Under the pieces are notes generated by a model. That model searched no databases. It saw only the letters and a program-made list of their open reading frames with translations, and had not been told where the DNA came from. This document shows, piece after piece, positions 55,965 through 64,000 of a stretch of DNA of 64,000 bases; positions within the stretch are counted from its first letter, which is position 1; every line of letters starts with the position of its first letter. Source of the DNA: Lepidodermella squamata (lineage: Eukaryota; Animalia; Gastrotricha); assembly GCA_047495785.1 (NCBI GenBank), contig JBLDXI010000039.1:1-64000 (forward strand), written 5' to 3'. The translations under genes were made by a program, and so were the position numbers.

Positions 55965-56240
55965 TCAAATTTCAGCCTGTTTTTCTTGTTGCTGATTAGC
56001 AGTTAAGAGGCTGCTATAAAGAGACTCGAACTTAATCTTCTCTTTTTCCATGTCTAACAATTTTCGCTCAATTTCTTTCTCCGATCCTTTTTTCATCTTT
56101 TCGAGTTCCCTGTACTGTTTACATAAAGTTTTGTATCCTACGGAAATATCCTTAATTTCTTGTTTAACCCGCTCTAGGATGCTTTCATAATCTTCCATCA
56201 TTTCAATCACTTCTGTCAGCGCTACGAATGTATCTGGCAT
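55965..56240 (-). CDS. Coiled-coil hypothetical protein, paralog B (shorter)
   Basis: Part of a ~366-bp tandem duplication. Confidence 0.65.
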   Translation of the reverse strand: MPDTFVALTEVIEMMEDYESILERVKQEIKDISVGYKTLCKQYRELEKMKKGSEKEIERKLLDMEKEKIKFESLYSSLLTANQQQEKQAEI

Positions 56241-56263
56241 GTCTATATAAGTTGTCGAGAAAT

Positions 56264-56560
56264 TTATTGTCGCTTTCTTCTCGCCTGAACTTCATTCATT
56301 GACATAATTTTTACTGGATACTGATTATTCTCTTCCGGGGGTAGTAAATTCACCTTAATATTGCCTCCATGCTGACGCTTATAGCCGGAGTTTTCTCTAA
56401 ATTCTTGATTCGAGCCTAGCCATTTCTGTAAATTATAATATATCATCCCTTTGCTCACGTTGAATTTCGCCGCAATTTGTAATACAGGGGTTTTGCCTTT
56501 AAAATATTCTTCAATAATTTTGGCTTTAGTTTCTGTGCTTATTTTTTTCGTTCTCAACAT
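56264..56560 (-). CDS. Helix-turn-helix protein
   Basis: ISTETKAKIIEEY...VLQIAAKFNVSKGMIY HTH pattern. Confidence 0.7.
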   Translation of the reverse strand: MLRTKKISTETKAKIIEEYFKGKTPVLQIAAKFNVSKGMIYYNLQKWLGSNQEFRENSGYKRQHGGNIKVNLLPPEENNQYPVKIMSMNEVQARRKRQ

Positions 56561-56595
56561 ACTTACCTTATATACAGAAAATTTTTTAAAGTTTG

Positions 56596-56728
56596 AAAGT
56601 CTGAACGTTCAAACGTTCGAACTTCGCATGCGTTGGCATGTGCCCTTTTACAAGCATATTTACACGTTTGAACGGTTGAACGCTTGAACGTTTAAACGTT
56701 TGGACGTTCAAGCGTTTGGACGCTTAAA
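56596..56728. repeat. Array of ~8-bp (TT)GAACG/AACGTT palindromic motifs upstream of the HTH gene
   Basis: ctgaacgttcaaacgttcgaac...ttgaacggttgaacgcttgaacgtttaaacgtttggacgttcaagcgtttggacg. Confidence 0.75.
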
Positions 56729-57151
56729 TATGTCATCAGAGCAATAGATTAGAGCATCTAGAATAATTTCATCCTGACAAGTAATGACCGTGCTCTCATT
56801 CGCGCTTGCAGGCGCGGGTTCAACTTCTTTTCTTAGAGCTGATGATTCATTGAAGTCGCGCTCACAAGCGCACATGCCCGAAAGCTTTCTATGTATTTTT
56901 TGTATTTCATGTAGAGAGGATGTTTTAGAGGCTTGCATTTTTCCTATTGTTAAGCTAGATATTATTATGGAACCACTGTTGATATGAAAAGACTGTAATA
57001 ATTAGCCATTTATTAGCTTCTTTATTAATCATTCATCTTCGGTTTTGTGCTTGTGATTCAACTTGTATCGCACTATTGCGGAGCTCACTTAGAATGCATC
57101 AGTTACTCACCCCACAGCTAAACAACACTTTTCGACTTTACGTCATCTAAA

Positions 57152-58408
<1,257 letters not shown>

Positions 58409-58578
58409 ATTTCACATTTATGCTGCCCTACGCAATAGTTATCTTTCAATTTCTACATGATAACGCTACCATTTGATACTTAATTATCTCTTATCATAAA
58501 GAGAACAAAAGTGAGCGACAAGCAGCAATATAGATTATTTTCAAGTCATTGCTCTCACGGAAATGGGAAATTGTTGAA

Positions 58579-58839
58579 ATGGGGAGTGCTTTCTCAGCTG
58601 CGTGGAACACGGTAAAAGCCTTTGCTAAGCGGGTAGTTGAAAAAATCGTTGATCGCATTACTTCAGCGTTATCGATAGCTTCATCGGTACTACTACAAGA
58701 GCTGGTTACAGCAGTTAGAGAGAACAATCCAGACGTTGCAGAAGCAGCTGCTGGAAGACTCCCCCCGGATGATCGACAAGAAATAGTCCGGACTCTTCGA
58801 GAATACATAGATGCCTTGGAAAACCCAGATGCTTACTAA
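58579..58839 (+). CDS. 86-aa predicted N-myristoylated amphipathic protein
   Basis: MGSAFS myristoylation consensus, then an amphipathic helix; downstream AATAAA at ~58962. Confidence 0.6.
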   Translation: MGSAFSAAWNTVKAFAKRVVEKIVDRITSALSIASSVLLQELVTAVRENNPDVAEAAAGRLPPDDRQEIVRTLREYIDALENPDAY

Positions 58840-59084
58840 ATGTCATCACATTTCAGTTGATATAAGTTATGTATTGAAACACTGTTGTTAGTGTGATAAA
58901 TTAATTATGTTTTTGCCAGTGATTTATGTTTTAACACCATCCTATTTATTCAAGTAAATTGCAATAAACTGTAAATATAATACATCACATTTGTTGTTTT
59001 ATTTGAATACAGCTTTGTCAGATTCGACAATAATGCTTATACCATCATCATATTTTTCATTGCATGCGGTTTCTGAAGATCTTA

Positions 59085-59387
59085 CTATTCTGAATACACA
59101 ACGCTTGGCGATGAAAAACCAGTGAGCAGGAGTTCGCATCGGATGAAAATGTAATTTCTAGCAGCTGTTTCAGCTGAGACCCCTTTTCAGGTCCATCCCC
59201 AAATTTTCAAGATCGGAAAATTCGGACAGTCGGCGAAACTCAATTTAATTTAAGCTGGATATGCCTAGGCAGCGATTTTAACTCGTTGGTGATGATTTTT
59301 GCATTTCGCAGAGCCCATGCGAAAAGCCGAAGATTTGCCTCGGAGAATATGATAAAAGATGAAAATTTTATTTTGAGGCGGCTGGCT
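59085..59387 (-). repeat. Internal, diverged third copy of the TIR ending at the canonical CT (59387)
   Basis: Near-identical to the right TIR over ~59235-59387 and degenerate further in. Confidence 0.85.
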
Positions 59388-59990
59388 ATATGAATCTATA
59401 TGAATCGGTAAGCCATGCTGAAACTCCTTGGTCTTGCGAAATTTGTTTGTCAAATCTCTCACAACCTGGCATCACAACACTCAAACCCTGATATTTGGGA
59501 ATCATGTTTATTGTGATCTAAATAACAGAATTCATGTGTAAGAGCGGGTTGCGGTTCGAGTAGCGAAGTATATTTCATGATCTTTCATTCTTCAGATGCT
59601 TGATTTCCTTTTTCAATGAATGGATCTTTTGCTCACATTTTGCTCGAACTCCGCGCGAATCTAGAACCGTGACTCCAACTTTAATCAAATCGAGATCTTC
59701 AAACAGGAAAGAGATGTATTCAAATTTGTCGAAATAAGTGTCAACTTACGTTCTGGACTGATTTCAATAAAATAGCGTTTCCTTCCTTTCGTGTAATTGG
59801 TAGCTATTTCAGTCTTCAGGCTTTCGACGTCATGTTTTGTTGAAGTGGAGCGTTGAATCGTATGCATAAAATTAGGGGAGTCAGTCATAATCGAGTTAAT
59901 AATTGATAGGGGGTAAAATTGCTACGAAAATAAGCATGGCGCAGTAAATATCTGTATGTATCTGAAAATGTCTCTGTCTTTGCATAGCAA

Positions 59991-60611
59991 TTACCAGTGA
60001 AACTCATAGGCTCCAAAAGGGTCGTAATTCATAGGGTTGTAAAAATAAACTTGATCACACAATCCAAACAAGCAGAGCCCCTTGCAGAATTCGAACATTT
60101 CACGGTCCTTTGAATCTCCTGCCGTTATGAAGTGGAGCTGAAGGTCAGATCTGTTCAGTTTCTGTAGCAGAGTTTTAACTGCCTTGAAGAAAAAATTATG
60201 TCCGCCGCTTCCGAGACGAATCAAGCGCAGTTGATTGAATTCGGATTGCTGAATTATGCTCAGAACCGCTTGTATCTGAAGAAAAGCATCCTCGGAGTCC
60301 AGCATTTGCGGAAAACCTTCCACGGACTTCATTTTGATTTGAACCGGTAAGTTCTCGGGCATATTGAAAATTCTTCCTAATTTTGCTTTGTCTTTTTCCC
60401 AGCTGCTGTCGGGGTACAAGGGAGTAACTAAACCGATCACAATTGTTCCAATTGGTGTTGTTTGAAATGGAACTCTTCTCATAGCAAGCATATTTCCTTG
60501 AATTCCGGGGAAAAAAGAATCCGAGGGATGATTTCGTATTTGGTTTGCCTGTGGATCACCTTCCGACTCCGAGGAGCTATCTTCAATGGCGTTTCTATTT
60601 CTTCTGGGCAT
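59991..60611 (-). CDS. Hypothetical 206-aa protein in the terminal module
   Basis: ATG-initiated ORF with globular alpha/beta-like composition. Confidence 0.65.
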   Translation of the reverse strand: MPRRNRNAIEDSSSESEGDPQANQIRNHPSDSFFPGIQGNMLAMRRVPFQTTPIGTIVIGLVTPLYPDSSWEKDKAKLGRIFNMPENLPVQIKMKSVEGFPQMLDSEDAFLQIQAVLSIIQQSEFNQLRLIRLGSGGHNFFFKAVKTLLQKLNRSDLQLHFITAGDSKDREMFEFCKGLCLFGLCDQVYFYNPMNYDPFGAYEFHW

Positions 60612-61340
60612 GGCAATGATGCTGTACTACGCTAAAAATCATAAAGGCATATCAAGGTGGTTACACTCTCCTACCTCTGTAAATCGCAGAATTTAGTATT
60701 TGTCACTTGAAAAGGGCTGGGCTGAGAAATAACTGCACTTGTAGCTACTAGCAAACCGCATGGCCTCAGTGAAAGGAGTATTCAGTCTTCCGACTATTGA
60801 GTCCGACTGTCTTGTAAATCGGTATCAGAAGATGATATTCATCATCGCTGCCATGCTGTGAGCTTTTGAGCCCTCTGAAGTTCGTCGACATTTACTCACA
60901 TACGATTAAAAAACGACACTTGTACCAGGAATTTTAAGATATGCTGTGAATAGAAGACCAGTCGAGAATATTGAACGCTTATTCAAAAGAAGCAAAAAAT
61001 CGCTTCAGTACTCGAAGTAAATGATGTTTAGATGAAAGGAGTCGCCAGGCAACCCTTTGATCTTACTCTGTCGCCATTGCACCGCTTTTGGTTCAAGAAT
61101 TCGCACTTCATTATTCTGTATTGGTTTAAATTACCCGCCCCTACTCCGCAGCATTACACTGACCGCGGGCCTGTCGTGGTTGTTCGGTGAGCAGCTAGAT
61201 TAGATGGAGAGAGCTATTTCAACTCGAGCGACCTATCACAACAAAAATTATTATGCGTTGCATGGCTCAAATAAAACGAGTAGTTGTCTAACTGATTTCT
61301 TTTGTGAAGTTATAACAGTGCGCAGGACGTCTTATCCCGT

Positions 61341-61595
61341 GTAAATTTCATTTTCAGGGGCTGTTCTGAAAGGCACCCTTTTTCAGGCTGTTCTCAAATT
61401 TTTTATAGCGGAAAATTCTGATGTTCGGTGAAACTCAATTTAATTTGAGCTGGATATGCATAGGCGGCGATTTTGACTCGTTGGTGATGATTTTTGCATT
61501 TCGCAGAGCCCATGCGAAAAGCCGAAGATTTGCCGTGGAGAATATGATAAAAGATGAAAATTTTATTTTGAGGCGGCTGGCTTAGGATCGGCCGA
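61341..61595 (-). repeat. Right terminal inverted repeat (canonical CT terminus at 61582)
   Basis: Reverse complement of 38702-38956; IGS resumes at GAGTTACGACC (61594). Confidence 0.9.
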
Positions 61596-62798
61596 GTTAC
61601 GACCAGTTTACTTTATTTTTTCACTTGACAGAATGCAAGCTTACGCCGCGCATTCTAATAGACAGCAGACGAAGTGGTGATGATACTAACCTCAGAAAAT
61701 TTAATATTCAATCGCAGATATTTACCATAAATTTGCAAAGATTTTGCCGGTATCCGCCGGTTTTTTTCCAAATCGTTCACTTTTTTGGCCCAAAATCGAG
61801 GAGTCCTAAGGCATAGGAACGCGGAAAAATTTCCTATGAGTCGATCGAGAAGCGCTGATCTTAAAACCGCGGCTGAATGATGAAGGATTCTGAGTAATTC
61901 TACAGCCGGAAAATGTCAAATTTCATTGTTCGAAAAATTGACCTCGTTAAATTGTCTCGGTTGCGCAACAATGTAACATCTGGCACAATCGAAGTAAACA
62001 AATCCCATTGCGTAACACAGTAAGTTGATGGTAAACGAGTTCCGCTGTTCTCAGGTGCCATTTTTTGCGTACAATTCGGTTTTTCAAGCGGTTTTTTTTA
62101 TAGGATAGCAAGGAATAAGCGGGATCGTGTTCGCCTCGTATTCATCGCCTCGTAATCATCGCCTTTTGTGTAATCGCCTCAAACTCTAACACAGGTACTC
62201 TTATGAGACGACAGCGCGTAATATTTATATAAAACGCTGCTGCAGGAAAAGCATATGCAATAAATGCGGCGCAACTCAGCTCTACTATCGTGAGAGCTGA
62301 CGGCCGTAAAAGTTGTGCGCTGTGTTATATACTACAGGGTTTGTCAGTTGTAGATAAGCGAATTTATTCCTTGTCGACACTGCAAATGGCTGCGACTAGT
62401 TGGTTATCGTCCGCTCTTAAAACAGCGGTCGTGGCACACTGAAACGCGCCAGTCAGGTGTATCTAGCATATACTGGTCGATGCGCTATGAAATCCTAATT
62501 ATACGCACTAGTATAATTTCTCCCGGCCGCTGTCGAAGCGACTGGTTTTGTAGAGTTGCAATTTGCTGCCGGCTGTCTAAGCCGAAGGCCGCTGTAGAAG
62601 TGGCAATTCTTTTGGCTTCCTAAGCCACAGTATAACAAGGATGGATGGCAAATATATCGACCGGGAAGTGCGAAATGCAACAGACGGCAAAGTTATTGGT
62701 AAAAATATATACCTCTAACCTTGATGCTATGACGTAAAGCGCTAGTTGCTGTTTTTCTAAAAAATGGCGACAGGCGTCGTAAAGCAACTCGGATTGGT

Positions 62799-63724
62799 AT
62801 TCTGGTTGATCCTGCCAGTTGTCACATGCTTGTCTCAAAGATTAAGCCATGCATGTCTAAGTACACACTACGGCAAAGTGAAACTGCGAACGGCTCATTA
62901 AATCAGTTATGGTTTATTAGATCGTGCCTATCACGTGGATAACTGTGGTAATTCTAGAGCTAATACATGCAACTAGCCCTGACTTACGGAGGGGCGCTTT
63001 TATTAGATCAAAATCAATCGGCTTCGGCCGTTTTTGTGATGACTCTGGATAACTTTTGCCGACCGCATGGCCTTGCGCTGGCGGCGTATCTTTCAAATGT
63101 CTGCCCTATCAACTTTCGATGGTAGGTGACATGCCTACCATGGTTGTAACGGGTAACGGAGAATCAGGGTTCGATTCCGGAGAGGGAGCCTGAGAAACGG
63201 CTACCACATCCAAGGAAGGCAGCAGGCGCGCAAATTACCCACTCCCGACACGGGGAGGTAGTGACGAAAAATAACAATGCTGGGCTTCAAGTCCGGTAAT
63301 TGGAATGAGTACACTTTAAATCCTTTAACGAGGATCTAGTGGAGGGCAAGTCTGGTGCCAGCAGCCGCGGTAATTCCAGCTCCACGAGCATGTACGTAAG
63401 TTGTTGCAGTTAAAAAGCTCGTAGTTGGATCTCAGGCTTGTGGCCGGTGGTCCGCTCGATACGGGTGTGCACTGCCGTGCCCGGTCTACGTCTGGTTTAC
63501 AACCTATAGTGCTCTTAACCGGGTGCTATAGGCTGCCAGAAAGTTTACTCTGAAAAAATTAGAGTGCTTAAAGCAAGCCGTTTGTGCTTGAATACTGTTG
63601 CATGGAATAATAGAATAGGACCTCGGATCTATTTTGTTGGTTTTCGGAGTCGAGGTAATGATTAAGAGGGACAGACGGGGGCATTCGTATTGCGCCGTTA
63701 GAGGTGAAATTCTTGGATCGGCGC

Positions 63725-63783
<59 letters not shown>

Positions 63784-63930
63784 CAGAGGTTCGAAGACGA
63801 TCAGATACCGTCGTAGTTCTGACCATAAACGATGCCAACTGGCGATCCGCCGTAGTCTGGCTTAAAGGACTCGGCGGGCAGCCTCCGGGAAACCTAAGTC
63901 TATGGGTTCCGGGGGAAGTATGGTTGCAAA

Positions 63931-63979
<49 letters not shown>

Positions 63980-64000
63980 GCGGCTTAATTTGACTCAACA
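62799..64000 (+). rRNA. 18S: 18S rRNA, unit 4 (partial, runs off the window)
   Basis: Same 5' motifs. Confidence 0.98.

Noticed and set aside
60380-60455. TIR-domain-like segment IVIGLVTPLYPDSSWEKD
   Set aside because: Lacks the WCxxE pattern and other TIR elements; too weak without a profile search.

Overview
Animal (probably protostome) nuclear rDNA tandem array. Three complete 18S-5.8S-28S units and the start of a fourth lie on the + strand. The basic repeat is ~8451 bp and each spacer carries an antisense 5S gene. Almost every unit is disrupted by a different mobile element. (1) Unit 1's 28S holds two head-to-tail copies of a 2346-bp non-coding element with CCA...TGG ends and a GGAAGAG target duplication, at a site distinct from the R2 site. 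Its core is a ~1-kb fold-back array of 108-bp repeats that resemble the 5' end of 18S rRNA. (2) The spacer between units 2 and 3 holds a ~7.35-kb two-ORF non-LTR retrotransposon (APE-RT) with a G-tract instead of poly(A) at its 3' end. (3) The spacer between units 3 and 4 holds a ~23-kb Polinton/Maverick (adintovirus-like) element. It has the full virion gene set, a PLA2-integrase-chromodomain fusion, palindrome-capped TIRs, no TSD, and intron-containing cargo, notably a 6-exon katanin-p60-like AAA ATPase. (4) The first ~470 bp are non-rDNA sequence joined to the spacer. Most short ORFs in the track are spurious translations of rRNA, repeats or antisense frames.
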